Assembly (NCBI GenBank): GCA_965219445.1 | Contig: CBDCNQ010000003.1 | Span: forward strand, 288,001-352,000 | Length of the DNA: 64,000 nt | Source of the DNA: Longimicrobiales bacterium | GTDB taxonomy: Bacteria; Gemmatimonadota; Gemmatimonadetes; Longimicrobiales; Gaopeijiaceae | Reading direction: 5' to 3' | In this document: piece after piece, positions 49,634 through 59,921 of the stretch | Position numbering within the stretch: the stretch's first letter is position 1 | Layout of the letters: each line of letters opens with the position of its first letter | The notes under the pieces: generated by a model | The model's database searches: none | What the model saw: the letters and a program-made list of their open reading frames with translations, nothing else | Told to the model about the DNA's origin: nothing | Program-made: the position numbers and the translations under genes

Positions 49634-49783
49634 CCCTGCGTTAGGCATTCTTTTCGCGCAGGGCGCGCCCTTCGCCGCCCTACGGGATACAGCAGCGTGC
49701 TGGACCGGCCTCGAGCTTCAAGCCATCTTTTGCGCCATGCATGACGAGCAACTCAAGGCCCGTGGTCGAATTCCCTCCGCCCT

Positions 49784-50344
49784 ATGAAGATCCTTGATGC
49801 CATCAACGCTCGTCGCTCGATCAAGAGCTTCACCGACCGTCCCGTGACACGGGACGAGATCGAGCGGCTGCTCGATGCGGCCTGTCAGGCCCCGAACCAC
49901 CGAATGACGGAGCCGTGGCGCTTTTATGTGCTCGGCTCCGAATCACGGCGCGCCTACGGTGAGGTTTTGGGGCGCAGGAAGGCCAAGCGGGTCGACGATG
50001 TCGAGGCGGCCGAGGCGGTGATCGAGAAGGTGGCCGAGACTCACGAGGCGCTACCCGCCATGCTCGCGGTCGCCGTCATGCTGGACGACAACCCCGAGAT
50101 CCGCGAGGAAGACTACGCGGCAGCGTACATGGGCATCCAGAATCTGTCGCTCGTCGCGGAGGCGATGGGACTGGGGACACACATCAAGACCGGCGCCGTC
50201 ATGGACGACCCCGCCGCACGGGCGGCCGTCGGACTCCCCGACGGGGAGAGGATCGTGGCTACAATCAACATCGGCGAACCCGAGAGCCTACCTGAAGCCA
50301 AAGCGCGGCGGCGGGCCACGGACCTCACGACCTGGGTGCCGTGA
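49784..50344 (+). CDS. Nitroreductase family protein (YdjA-like)
   Basis: RRSIK.F, APNH..TEPWRF, QNL.L.A.A.GLG. Confidence 0.9.
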   Translation: MKILDAINARRSIKSFTDRPVTRDEIERLLDAACQAPNHRMTEPWRFYVLGSESRRAYGEVLGRRKAKRVDDVEAAEAVIEKVAETHEALPAMLAVAVMLDDNPEIREEDYAAAYMGIQNLSLVAEAMGLGTHIKTGAVMDDPAARAAVGLPDGERIVATINIGEPESLPEAKARRRATDLTTWVP

Positions 50345-50497
50345 TCAAAGGCGAACGGATATGAGCCGAGCGCTCGTGGGCGCCGGTGAGCGCTGGAATC
50401 AGGGGGTTTTCACCCGAGGTTCTCTCGACGGGAGGGTCGTGAACCCGCTAGCTTTAGTTTCGCCTCTCAATGATCCGCTCAAACCCGCCATAGACCC

Positions 50498-51109
50498 ATG
50501 AGCGACCCGTCGAAGCCAACTGTGGAGTTCACGAATCTGGCGAAGGACAAAGTCCTCCGTTTCATGCAGATGCAGGAGAACGAGGGCCTTGCGGTGCGCA
50601 TCCAGGTTGCCAGCCCCAGCCCGCTCGATCCCCGCTACGACATCACGATGATCGAGCCCGACGAAAAGTGCCCGGAAGACGTGGTGTTCGACGGCTACGG
50701 GTTCGAGGTCGTGATGGAGCCCGAGAGTGCGAAGCTCCTCGATGGCGCTCGCGTCGACTGGATCGAGACCCTGACCGACACCGGGTTTAAGGTGGAGAAC
50801 CCGAACCTGGCGCCCATCGGCTCGAAGCCGTTGGAAGGCCCTCTGGCGGACCGAGTTCGACAGGCCATCGACCAATTCGTGAACCCCGGAGTGGCCCAGC
50901 ACGGCGGACAGGTGACGCTGGTGGAAGTCAGGAACAAGATCGTCTACCTGCAAATGGGTGGGGGTTGCCAGGGGTGCGGGATGGCCTCAGTGACGCTGAG
51001 CCAGGGAATCGAGCGGATCCTTCACGAGCAGGTGCCGGAGATCGAGGGCATCGAGGACGTGACCAACCACGCCGACGGCGAGAACCCCTACATCAGCGCG
51101 TCCAAGTAA
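50498..51109 (+). CDS. nfuA: Fe-S carrier NfuA
   Basis: Degenerate A-type N-domain (GFKVENPN) plus NifU domain HGG...GGGCQGC...DVTNH..G.NPY. Confidence 0.9.
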   Translation: MSDPSKPTVEFTNLAKDKVLRFMQMQENEGLAVRIQVASPSPLDPRYDITMIEPDEKCPEDVVFDGYGFEVVMEPESAKLLDGARVDWIETLTDTGFKVENPNLAPIGSKPLEGPLADRVRQAIDQFVNPGVAQHGGQVTLVEVRNKIVYLQMGGGCQGCGMASVTLSQGIERILHEQVPEIEGIEDVTNHADGENPYISASK

Positions 51110-51137
51110 CCGGCACTCCAACGGAGGGCCTGCCGTA

Positions 51138-52373
51138 TTGAGGGTGCTTCTCCTCCTTTCACGAACCTCGTATCGCGCCGAGGCTTTTGTCGCCGCGGCC
51201 CGCCACCTGGACGTGGATGTCACGGTTGGCTCGAATCACCGGCAGGCCCTCGCCGACCTGACACCTGGCGGCAGCCTCACGGTCGGTGTCGAGGACATGG
51301 ACCGATCGGTCGCCATCATCGTGCGGTTCGCCTCGGACCATCCGCTGACGGCCATCGTGGCGGCGGAAGACGATTTCGCACAAGTGGCAGCGGCAGCATC
51401 CGAGGCCCTTGGGCTGAGGCACCATCCTCTCGAGGCGGTCCGGTGCGCTCGTAACAAAGCGGTCATGCGGCAGCGGCTCGAGGCGGCCGGATTCCCGTCA
51501 CCCTGGTTCCATATCGCCTCCGTCGAAGACGATGCGGAAGCGGCCGCGGCGAGGGCTCGCTATCCCTGCGTTCTCAAGCCGCTTGCGTTGTCTGCCAGCC
51601 GCGGGGTGATCCGCGCGGACACGCCCGAGGAGTTCGGCCGCGCCTGGAGCCGGATTCGGGGGATCCTCGAGCAGCCCGACGCAGTCACCCGCAGCGGCCA
51701 CGGAGTGGCCGAGATCCTGATCGAAGCGTACATGCCGGGGCGGGAAGTGGCCGTGGAGGGGATCGTGGTGGAGGGCGAGCTCCAGACCCTGGCCGTCCTG
51801 GACAAGCCGGACCCCATGGTGGGGCCGTTCTTCGAGGAGACCATCCTTGTGACGCCTTCGCGTCTCCCCGATAGCGTTCAGCGCGAGGTCGTCTCCTGCG
51901 TGCAGCGGTCCGTGGCCATCCTCGGCCTCGATGACGGCCCCGTCCACGCCGAGCTCCGAGTGGACGCCGAGCGGGCCTCACTCCTGGAGATCGCGCCGCG
52001 CTCCATCGGTGGCCGTTGCTCCACGATCCTCCGCTTCGAGCCGGAGGCGACCCTGGAGGAACTCATACTGCATCATGCATTGGGGATGCCGATCGATGAG
52101 TACTCCCGAGCTCCTGGAGCCGGCGGGGTCATGATGCTGCCGATTCCGGAAGTCGGCGTTCTGCACGAGGTGGGCGGGTCCGAGGCAGCCCTCGAGACTC
52201 CGGACATCGAAGGGCTCGAGATTACGATCGCGGTGGGCCAGAAGGTCGTGCCACTCCCCGAGGGCAATCGCTACCTGGGATTTCTCTTCGCCCGAGCAGC
52301 GACGCCGGAGCAGGTGGAGACCGCGCTTAGGCTCGCGCACGCTCGACTCGATGTGAAAGTCGAGCCCAGCTGA
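51138..52373 (+). CDS. ATP-grasp domain ligase
   Basis: RNKA.MR, VLKP...SASRGVIRA, EAYMPG.EVAVEG, HAELR, LEIAPRSIGG. Confidence 0.9.
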   Translation: MRVLLLLSRTSYRAEAFVAAARHLDVDVTVGSNHRQALADLTPGGSLTVGVEDMDRSVAIIVRFASDHPLTAIVAAEDDFAQVAAAASEALGLRHHPLEAVRCARNKAVMRQRLEAAGFPSPWFHIASVEDDAEAAAARARYPCVLKPLALSASRGVIRADTPEEFGRAWSRIRGILEQPDAVTRSGHGVAEILIEAYMPGREVAVEGIVVEGELQTLAVLDKPDPMVGPFFEETILVTPSRLPDSVQREVVSCVQRSVAILGLDDGPVHAELRVDAERASLLEIAPRSIGGRCSTILRFEPEATLEELILHHALGMPIDEYSRAPGAGGVMMLPIPEVGVLHEVGGSEAALETPDIEGLEITIAVGQKVVPLPEGNRYLGFLFARAATPEQVETALRLAHARLDVKVEPS

Positions 52374-52481
52374 GGGACGAGCGCCGCAAATCAGGCCGAG
52401 GGTCAGCTCGTGCCGGCTGGGGCCCGGAAGGCGCTCAAGAAATCATCGACTCCGGGTGATGGTGCGGGGCCGTAGCGTGAT

Positions 52482-52970
52482 TCAGAAATCCAGCGCCGAA
52501 TCTTCATGGCGGGCCGGGTCATCCAACCGACCCAGCCGCCGCCTGTGCCCGGCCGTAACCCGGCGCCGACCGGCGTAGCCTCCGCTCACTTCGTGCCAAT
52601 ACGCCACCTTGGGCTCGTCCGACTGCCAGCAGAGATAAACCCAACGGCCGTCCAGAGTGGTCGGAAAGTCTACCAGCCCGTGCTCAAGACCGCCGACCGG
52701 AAAGCGGATGCCCCGGTCAACAAGCCGCTGTTGGATGAGCTCTTCGATCGCCCGGCGGCACTCCGAGAGGGAATGACGATGCTGCGCGTACTCCTCGTGA
52801 TCCGGGTTGTCGCTTTGCGAGACGACGTCGCCCCAAAGAGCGTCCAGCACGGCCAGCTGGTCCAACTTGCTGCGCGCCACGTCGCGAAGGCTTTGGATCT
52901 CGTTGAGGGCGGCCCGCAGCTCAGGAAGCAGCTCGTTTGCCTCGTCGACTGTAAAAGCATGATGGCCCAT
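52482..52970 (-). CDS. DUF2203 family protein
   Basis: FTVDEAN.LLP, GLVDFP, YLCW...EP....WH....G.AGR. Confidence 0.85.
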   Translation of the reverse strand: MGHHAFTVDEANELLPELRAALNEIQSLRDVARSKLDQLAVLDALWGDVVSQSDNPDHEEYAQHRHSLSECRRAIEELIQQRLVDRGIRFPVGGLEHGLVDFPTTLDGRWVYLCWQSDEPKVAYWHEVSGGYAGRRRVTAGHRRRLGRLDDPARHEDSALDF

Positions 52971-52974
52971 GGCG

Positions 52975-54417
52975 CTAGCTTTCCAATCCTCTCATCGTCG
53001 CCACAGAGCCGAACTGACTCTCGGTTGGCTCAGCTCAGCAGAACCACGCTTCAGTCAGGTGCGGTGGTCTGGCACTTCGACGGCGGTATCGGGGTTGGGC
53101 TACGGTCCGCTGACCGAAAATAGTCTCAAGGGTAAGCTTCTTGATCCCGTCGAAGGTCGTTGCCGGGTCTTCACCCGAGCTGGCTGCTTCTTCAGCGACT
53201 CGCCCGACCCGCCGTTGTAGCATGTCCACACGGGGATCCGGATGCTGCCACGTGTACACGAAGTCCTCCTGAACCAGGCTCCCCAAGTGAGGCTGGATCT
53301 CAGGGATATCGAGGAGCCATGAGCCTGGAGGCAGAAGTAGTCTGATGGAGTACTGGACCGGATCGAGGTGATAGACCAAATCGTGGTTCTGCACGAACTC
53401 GAGCAGCTCCAAATACCCCGACAGCGTTGTCCAAGGCGTGAAAGGTAGCAGCGATGGGCGAAGGGCAACGTCCGCGGATCGGGTAATCTCCAGGGCAGTG
53501 ACCACGTCGTCTCGGGTGTGACCCTTGTCGAGATACCCGAGAATACGGTCGTCCACACTCTCCATAGCGGACACGACGAAGATGCACCCGAGCGCTGCCA
53601 ACTCCACGACCGCGTCACGATGCTGGATGAGGTGCTCGATCTTGGCCGTGAAGTCGAAGCTCAGTTCGGGGTGGCGGTTACGCATCTCCCGAACAATCCC
53701 GAGCGAGTGCTTCACACCGTTCAGGAAATCCGGGTCGCCAAAGTTGATGTGCTGCGCACCCATGCGCACGAGGTTGTCGATATCCGCGAGCACGACCTCC
53801 TGCTGAACTATGCGAAGCCTTCCCTCGTAGACAGCCGGGATCGGGCAGTGTCGGCACCGATGAGCACAACCGCGGCTGGCTTCGACCTGTCCCACCAGCC
53901 GGAGTTCCCCCTCGGAGGTCCTCAGGTGGGCATACTTCTCCAGCGGAGGTAGTAAGTGTCGCGCTGGTGGCAGAAACTGCTGTCGAGACAGGTTGGGTGG
54001 ACCGCGCAGCTCCGAGAGCGAGACGCCTCCCGGGCCAGGCGATCCATTCTCGGCAAAGCGGTCGACGTGCTGAGTGAGCGGTGTCTCAAATTCACCGCCG
54101 ATCACGCTGTCGGCTACGCCATCGAGGAGGTAGTCCTCGTTAAGAGAAGCGTAGAGCCCGAAGTAGCAGATGTGGCACTGCGGATTCAATCCCCGGACCA
54201 GCTCACCGGCTTTGACGCCGAGTCGGATCGCCGTGTGCATGGGAGTCGAGATCCCCACAAAGTCGGCCCGGCGGACCTTGGCCTCGTCGATAACCTCGAC
54301 GGCGAGATCCAGGCATTCCACTTGATGGCGGCCTTCAGCGAGGATGTGTGCGGCAGCGGACGCTACTCCGAACGGCTGATGGCCGAGCTTATAGCAGGAG
54401 ATGAGGAGCACGTTCAT
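52975..54417 (-). CDS. CUAEP-tail B12-binding-like/radical SAM selenoprotein (UGA at 53035-53037 read as Sec)
   Basis: SRGCAHRCRHC; tail reads EAWFC-TGA-AEPTESQFGSVATMRGLES-TAG; extended ORF ends 4 nt before the next ATG. Confidence 0.88.
53006..53031 (-). promoter_or_regulatory. Putative SECIS hairpin
   Basis: GAGCC-AAC-CGA-GAG-UCA-GUU-C-GGCUC starting 3 nt after UGA; G in apical loop. Confidence 0.6.
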
Positions 54418-54444
54418 TGCCGAAGATGCCTCATGGCCTGGGTA

Positions 54445-55860
54445 TCAGCCGACCGATCCCTCCATTTCGAGCTCGATGAGCCGGTTGAGCTCGACCGCGT
54501 ACTCGAGCGGAAGCTCCTTGGCGATGGGCTCGATGAATCCACGCACGATGAGCGCCATGGCCTCCTCTTTTGTCAGCCCGCGGCTCATGAGGTAGAAGAG
54601 CTGAGCGTCGCCTACCTTGGAGACGGTGGCCTCGTGTCCCACCGACGCCTGCTGCTCTTCGATCTCGATATACGGGTAGGTATCGGTGCGCGAAGTCGCG
54701 TCGATGAGAAGCGCATCACACTCGACGTTGGAGCGGGCGTTGACCGCACCCTCGTACACTTTGCAGAGGCCACGATACGATGAGCGGCCGTGGCCCTTCG
54801 AGATCGACTTCGAAATGATCGAGGACGTCGTGTTCGGCGCCACATGGACAACCTTGCCCCCGGTATCTTGGTGCTGCCCGTCGCTGGCGTATGCGATCGA
54901 CATGATCTCGCCGTGTGCTCCCTCGCCCACGAGATAGCACGACGGATACTTCATCGTGAGCTTGGACCCGAGGTTGCCGTCGAGCCACTCCATGTTCGCG
55001 TTTTGGTTCACCAAGGCGCGTTGAGTCACGAGGTTGTACATGTTGTTCGACCAATTCTGGATGGTCGTGTAGCGGAATCTCGCGTCCCTCTTCAGCACGA
55101 TCTCGATCACACCGGAGTGGAACGAATCGGTGGAATAGACCGGCGCCGTGCATCCCTCGATGTAGTGAGCGTGAGCGCCCTCGTCGACGATGATCAGCGT
55201 GCGCTCGAACTGCCCCATGCGCTCTTGGTTGACCCGGAAGTACGCCTGTAGCGGCGTCTCGAGCTCCACACCCCTCGGAATGTAGACGAACGAGCCCCCA
55301 GACCAGACCGCCGAGTTGAGCGCCGCGAACTTGTTGTCTGCAGCGGGAATGACGGTCGCGAAATACTCACGGAAGAGCTCCGGGTGGTTCTTGAGCCCGT
55401 CTTCGATCGAATCGAAGATCACGCCCTTCGACGACCACTCCTCCTTGAGGGAGTGGTAAACCATCTCGGACTCGTACTGCGCGCCGACGCCTGCCAGGAG
55501 CTTTTGCTCCGCATCGGGGATGCCCAAGCGCTCGAACGTGTTCTTGATCGTCTCCGGCACGTCGTCCCAGGACCGCTCCATCTGATCCTGTGGCTTCACA
55601 TAGAAGTAGATCTCATCGAGCGTCGCCTCGAGATCCGACAGGTCGCCGCCCCAGGTCGGCATCGGCTTCCGCTCGTAGATCTTCAGCGCCTTCAGACGGA
55701 ACTCGAGCATCCACTCGGGTTCCTCCTTGTGCTTCGAAATCTGCCGCACGATATCCTCGTCCAGGCCGGGTCTGGTCCGGAAAACGTGCGCTTCATCATC
55801 GACGAACCCGTACTGGTATTCGTCGAGGCCGAGTCCTTCTACTAGTTCATTTTCTGGCAT
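54445..55860 (-). CDS. sufB: Fe-S cluster assembly protein SufB
   Basis: [55 protein letters not shown]. Confidence 0.96.
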   Translation of the reverse strand: MPENELVEGLGLDEYQYGFVDDEAHVFRTRPGLDEDIVRQISKHKEEPEWMLEFRLKALKIYERKPMPTWGGDLSDLEATLDEIYFYVKPQDQMERSWDDVPETIKNTFERLGIPDAEQKLLAGVGAQYESEMVYHSLKEEWSSKGVIFDSIEDGLKNHPELFREYFATVIPAADNKFAALNSAVWSGGSFVYIPRGVELETPLQAYFRVNQERMGQFERTLIIVDEGAHAHYIEGCTAPVYSTDSFHSGVIEIVLKRDARFRYTTIQNWSNNMYNLVTQRALVNQNANMEWLDGNLGSKLTMKYPSCYLVGEGAHGEIMSIAYASDGQHQDTGGKVVHVAPNTTSSIISKSISKGHGRSSYRGLCKVYEGAVNARSNVECDALLIDATSRTDTYPYIEIEEQQASVGHEATVSKVGDAQLFYLMSRGLTKEEAMALIVRGFIEPIAKELPLEYAVELNRLIELEMEGSVG

Positions 55861-55906
55861 GGACCTCCTCCTCCTCCTCCTAATTCCGCTCCTGCTGGAG
55901 ATAATC

Positions 55907-55925
55907 AAGAATGATTCTCGTTATC
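55907..55925 (-). promoter_or_regulatory. Fur-family box upstream of sufB
   Basis: GATAACGAGAATCATTCTT matches GATAATGATAATCATTATC at 15/19. Confidence 0.7.
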
Positions 55926-56035
55926 AACAACATACCTTCGGAGGTATCGATGGGCAAACGAAGGCGCTCGGAATCGACCCGTTGTCCGGACGGGGCCGGG
56001 TCTCCACCTTTTGTCCATCCGGAGGAGGGCCATAG

Positions 56036-56638
56036 GTGAAAGAATTTACGGAATCGCGTCTTGCCGTGGGCGCAGGCGAACTCTGGGATCTGGGTACACG
56101 CGCAGAGTTCCTGAACGCCGTCGGCGACGGTTCGCTGCCCGAGGATGCGTTCAACCGGTGGCTCGTGCAGGATTACCTGTTCGTGAGAGGGTTTGCCAGC
56201 TTCGCGTCCCTGACTGTCGGGAAAACGCCCAGGCCGGGGCAGAGTGTCTTGATCGCGGGCCTCTCGGCCCTCGACGACGAGCTCGACTGGTTCGAGGCGC
56301 ATGCCGAGGCCAGGTCCCTTGATCTAGGCGCCGAGCTCCACCCAGTGTGCCAGCACTATGTCGACTTTCTCATCACTGCGGGCTACTCCGAGCCGTTCCA
56401 CGTGCTGCTTGCACTCTTCTACGGCGTCGAGGTGGCCTATGTGGTCGCATGGAGTCGCCTCGAGGTCCGGGGGCCGTACGCCGAGTTTATCGACCGGTGG
56501 ACCCATGAGGACTTCCAGGCCTACGTGCGTGTCCTGTCGACGCTCGCCGACGAGCATCCCCATCCCCGTCAGCAAGCGATGTTCAACGAGGTCATGCGCC
56601 ATGAGCGGGATTTTTGGCACATGACCTGGAAAGGCTGA
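56036..56638 (+). CDS. TenA family protein, Cys-less (TenA_E-like)
   Basis: FNRWLVQDYLF, GVEVAY..AW, ERDFW. Confidence 0.85.
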   Translation: MKEFTESRLAVGAGELWDLGTRAEFLNAVGDGSLPEDAFNRWLVQDYLFVRGFASFASLTVGKTPRPGQSVLIAGLSALDDELDWFEAHAEARSLDLGAELHPVCQHYVDFLITAGYSEPFHVLLALFYGVEVAYVVAWSRLEVRGPYAEFIDRWTHEDFQAYVRVLSTLADEHPHPRQQAMFNEVMRHERDFWHMTWKG

Positions 56639-56645
56639 ACCGCTC

Positions 56646-57299
56646 ATGTCGGCCGAACCGCTTCACAAGACCTTATGGCAGGAAAACCAGGCAGTAGCCG
56701 AAGAATGTTTGGCCCATCCGTTCGTCCGCGGCTTGGGAGACGGCAGCTTGGATCCCGAGGTCTTCAAGCACTATGTGGCGCAAGACGCTTTCTTCCTGCA
56801 GGCCTTTTTCAGCGCCTATGCCCTGGGCGCCGTCCGGGTAGTGGAGAGACGGCAGGTCGTACAGAGGCTCCACGGGCTCATGGGCGGCGTACTGGACGAG
56901 CTGAAGCTTCACGAAGGCTACGCCGAGAGTCTGGCAATCGATTTGGGGAACGTCCGACTCCATCCAGCCACCCGCGCTTATACCGATTTCTTGCTTCGGA
57001 CCGCGTGGACGACCGAAGTAGGTGAGATCATGGCAGCAATGACGCCGTGCATGCGGCTCTATGCATACTTAGGACAGGAGTTGGCCCTGGGAGACCACTC
57101 CCAGAATCCTTATCGGGAGTGGATCGAGACCTACTCGAGCGCGGAGTTCGAGGCGCTGGCCGCCGAGCTCGAGTCGCTGCTGGACCAGCTGGCCGAGGGC
57201 ACACACAGGGTGTCACAGGCCTACCGTTACGCTATGCGCTGTGAGCTCGACTTCTTCTCGGCCTCGCTTGACGAGGGGGTGGTGGACGCTCTGGCCTAA
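56646..57299 (+). CDS. tenA: Thiaminase II / TenA (Cys type)
   Basis: HPFV, YVAQDAFFL, MTPCMRLY, Y..WIETY, ELDFF. Confidence 0.88.
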   Translation: MSAEPLHKTLWQENQAVAEECLAHPFVRGLGDGSLDPEVFKHYVAQDAFFLQAFFSAYALGAVRVVERRQVVQRLHGLMGGVLDELKLHEGYAESLAIDLGNVRLHPATRAYTDFLLRTAWTTEVGEIMAAMTPCMRLYAYLGQELALGDHSQNPYREWIETYSSAEFEALAAELESLLDQLAEGTHRVSQAYRYAMRCELDFFSASLDEGVVDALA

Positions 57300-57308
57300 G
57301 CTGCGCCA

Positions 57309-58325
57309 TCACCCGCCGCGCGTGTGCATCTCCCGGTGTGGATCTTCGCGCAGATCTTCGATCTGATGGAGAGGGCCTCGGGAGCCCAGCGCCTGTCTAT
57401 CCTCGGCCCCACGGTCGGTACGATTCGTCCACCCCCGGACAATCAGCGACCTGATCTCATCTTGGGAGGCCCGCTCTCGCAGAGGCTTCCGAAGGTCGAT
57501 CCCGTGGGCCGCGTACAGACACAGGAACCACATCCCATCCGCAGTGAGCCGGCTCCGGTCGCAGGCACTGCAGAACGGCTCGGTTGTTGAGGCGATGATG
57601 CCGAAGCTCGTCCCGTCCGGTAGCCCATAGCGGTCCGCCGGAGCCGAGCTATTGTCGCGGAGCGGCTCGATCGGCCCATAGTGCCTCTCCAGCAGGCTCA
57701 GTATCTCCCTCCTCGAAACGACCAGGTCCATCGACCACCGCGTCGCGCCGCCCACGTCCATGTACTCGATGAACCTGACTTCTGCGCCGCTATCCCTACT
57801 GAAGTCGATCATGTCCGTGAGTTCGTCGTCGTTGTACCCGCGCATGACCACGGTATTGATCTTGAGGGGTTTCAGCCCGCTCTTCGCTGCGGCATCGATA
57901 CCTTCGAGCACCTGGGGGAGACGGTCGCGGCGCGTGAGCTGCTTGAACCGCTCCGGCCGTAGCGTATCCAGGCTCACGGTGACCCGGTCCAGTCCCGCGC
58001 TCCGGAGCGACTCCGCCTGCTTCGCCAGTAACACACCATTGGTGGTCATGCTCAGGTCACGAACGTCCGGGTTGGCCGCTAGCCGCTCCACTACATCCGC
58101 CACTTCGCGGCGGAGCAGCGGCTCGCCGCCCGTGAGGCGCACGTTGTCCACCCCAAGCTCGCTGAAGACATCGACGAGATCGCCGATCTGCTCGACGGTG
58201 AGGATGTCGTCGCGGGGCAGCCAGACATACTCCTCCTCGGGCATACAGTACTGGCAACGCAGGTTGCATTTGTCGATCAGTGAGACCCGGAGGCTCTTAA
58301 GAGGCCGGCCGAACGTGTCTAGCAC
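57309..58325 (-). CDS. moaA: GTP 3',8-cyclase
   Basis: LRVS..DKCNLRCQYCMP, TGGEPLLR, FIEYM, FCSACDRSRL, C-terminal GG. Confidence 0.96.
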   Translation of the reverse strand: MLDTFGRPLKSLRVSLIDKCNLRCQYCMPEEEYVWLPRDDILTVEQIGDLVDVFSELGVDNVRLTGGEPLLRREVADVVERLAANPDVRDLSMTTNGVLLAKQAESLRSAGLDRVTVSLDTLRPERFKQLTRRDRLPQVLEGIDAAAKSGLKPLKINTVVMRGYNDDELTDMIDFSRDSGAEVRFIEYMDVGGATRWSMDLVVSRREILSLLERHYGPIEPLRDNSSAPADRYGLPDGTSFGIIASTTEPFCSACDRSRLTADGMWFLCLYAAHGIDLRKPLRERASQDEIRSLIVRGWTNRTDRGAEDRQALGSRGPLHQIEDLREDPHREMHTRGG

Positions 58326-58557
58326 TGTGCGCCTTCTCCTTGGTCTCCACTCCCCGAGGGAGCGGGGCAGGCTACGTGGGCCGCCGCGATCAGTTCCTGG
58401 GGTCTCAAACTATACATTCAGGTACCAACATGCGGCATCGAGAATCGGACACGTCCCTGCCACCCACTGAGGTGACCTTCGGTCTCTCACCCAAGTCGTG
58501 AGTTCGACTCTGCTCGCTGTCAACCTCGGCAGCGGGGAGTACCGTTAGTTTACGGTC

Positions 58558-58761
58558 ATGGACTTGACACCTGAGGAGCAACCCGTCGTCCGTCGTGCTG
58601 TGACGGCGTACCACGCGATGAAGAAGCGGCACAAGGGGCCATTCACAGGCACGACTGCCAACGAGATTCTCGAAGAATTGAAGCCGTCTCTAGCACGTTG
58701 GACTGAACTCGCCGCGTTCGTGATCGAAAGGGCAAAAGGACCCACACCAAGGAATCGATAA
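58558..58761 (+). CDS. Small hypothetical protein
   Basis: 67-aa helical ORF filling an intergenic gap; no recognised motif. Confidence 0.35.
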   Translation: MDLTPEEQPVVRRAVTAYHAMKKRHKGPFTGTTANEILEELKPSLARWTELAAFVIERAKGPTPRNR

Positions 58762-58857
58762 CTTGGCGCGTCAGCTCACGCCGCTGGTCGGCATAGTGGT
58801 CAGACAGCAGAATCGCGATTCGTTAGGCGGCACGTTCTTAGGATTGGGCATGAATCT

Positions 58858-59178
58858 ATGATAAGGATGCCGAGTGCCCGTTTTTCAGTTGGTGACGTGG
58901 TGCAACACAAACTGTTCGAATACCGAGGTGTAATCGTCGATGTCGATACGCACTTTCGAGGAACCGAAGAATCGTACGAAGCCGTGGCCCGTTCGAGACC
59001 ACCGAAGCATCGTCCTTGGTATCACGTGTTGCCACACGGAGCCCAACATCAAACGTATGTAGCCGAACGAAACCTCGAACCAGATCACAGTGGCCTCCCC
59101 ATTCAACATCCCCTAGTGGAGCGCTACTTCACTGATTTCAAAAACGGGCGGTATGTCAATGATGTTCAGATCCATTAG
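58858..59178 (+). CDS. hspQ: HspQ / YccV-like protein
   Basis: FSVG.VV.H.LF.YRGVIVDVD, PWYHVL, TYVAE.NL, I.HP. Confidence 0.9.
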   Translation: MIRMPSARFSVGDVVQHKLFEYRGVIVDVDTHFRGTEESYEAVARSRPPKHRPWYHVLPHGAQHQTYVAERNLEPDHSGLPIQHPLVERYFTDFKNGRYVNDVQIH

Positions 59179-59287
59179 TGATCATGCCGTCTTACTGATG
59201 ATCACCCCTGTGACAATGGACCCGGCCCGGGCTGAGCTCGGGTTGGAAGACATGTAGATCGGTCTTGAGCTTATCCCATTTCCTGTC

Positions 59288-59821
59288 GTGAGTACGGTCA
59301 CAGCAGAGTCTCCCGCGGCACGCTGGGTGATTGGTGTCCTGTCGGTCGTCGTGTTGGCGGCGGTGATCGTCGTCCTCTACGCCATGCCGGGGCGCGGCCC
59401 AGCACCCGGTACGCCGGGAGCGCTGGCAACGGTGAACGCCGTCCTAAACGGAGGCGCGGCGTGTTTCCTGCTAACCGGCTACGCGTTCATTCGCAAGAGG
59501 AAGATCAAAGCTCACCGGACCTGTATGGTGACCGCTTTCGTTCTTTCGTCGCTCTTCCTCGTCACCTACCTGTTTCATCACGCCCAGGTCGGCTCCGTTC
59601 CCTTCCGGCATGAGGGATGGATCCGCGGCGTGTACTTCGCCGTGCTTGTGCCGCACGTCGCGCTGGCGGTGGTGATCGTTCCGCTCGCGCTGCTCACGAT
59701 CTATCGCGGCTGGACCGAGCGTATCGAGAAGCATCGCAAGATCGCTCGCTGGACGCTGCCGCTTTGGCTTTACGTTTCCGTGAGCGGCGTCGCCGTCTAC
59801 CTCATGCTATATCATCTATGA
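59288..59821 (+). CDS. DUF420 family membrane protein
   Basis: NAVLNG, HR.CM..AF..S.LFLV.Y, HRKIARWT.P.WLYVSVSG. Confidence 0.9.
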   Translation: MSTVTAESPAARWVIGVLSVVVLAAVIVVLYAMPGRGPAPGTPGALATVNAVLNGGAACFLLTGYAFIRKRKIKAHRTCMVTAFVLSSLFLVTYLFHHAQVGSVPFRHEGWIRGVYFAVLVPHVALAVVIVPLALLTIYRGWTERIEKHRKIARWTLPLWLYVSVSGVAVYLMLYHL

Positions 59822-59921
59822 GCTCAGGTATGAGCTCAGGATCGCCAAGACACGCTCTACCCTTTCCCGAAAATCCCCCTGGTCTGCTTGCGCCTACCGG
59901 CCTCCTCTCGGATGTTGACGA

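Noticed and set aside
50403..50450. Hairpin upstream of nfuA
   Set aside because: Imperfect and G-U rich, with no U-tract or recognisable motif; cannot be distinguished from chance
55926..56035. TPP riboswitch before tenA
   Set aside because: No CTGAGA or matching core; only a short ATACCT/AGGTAT hairpin
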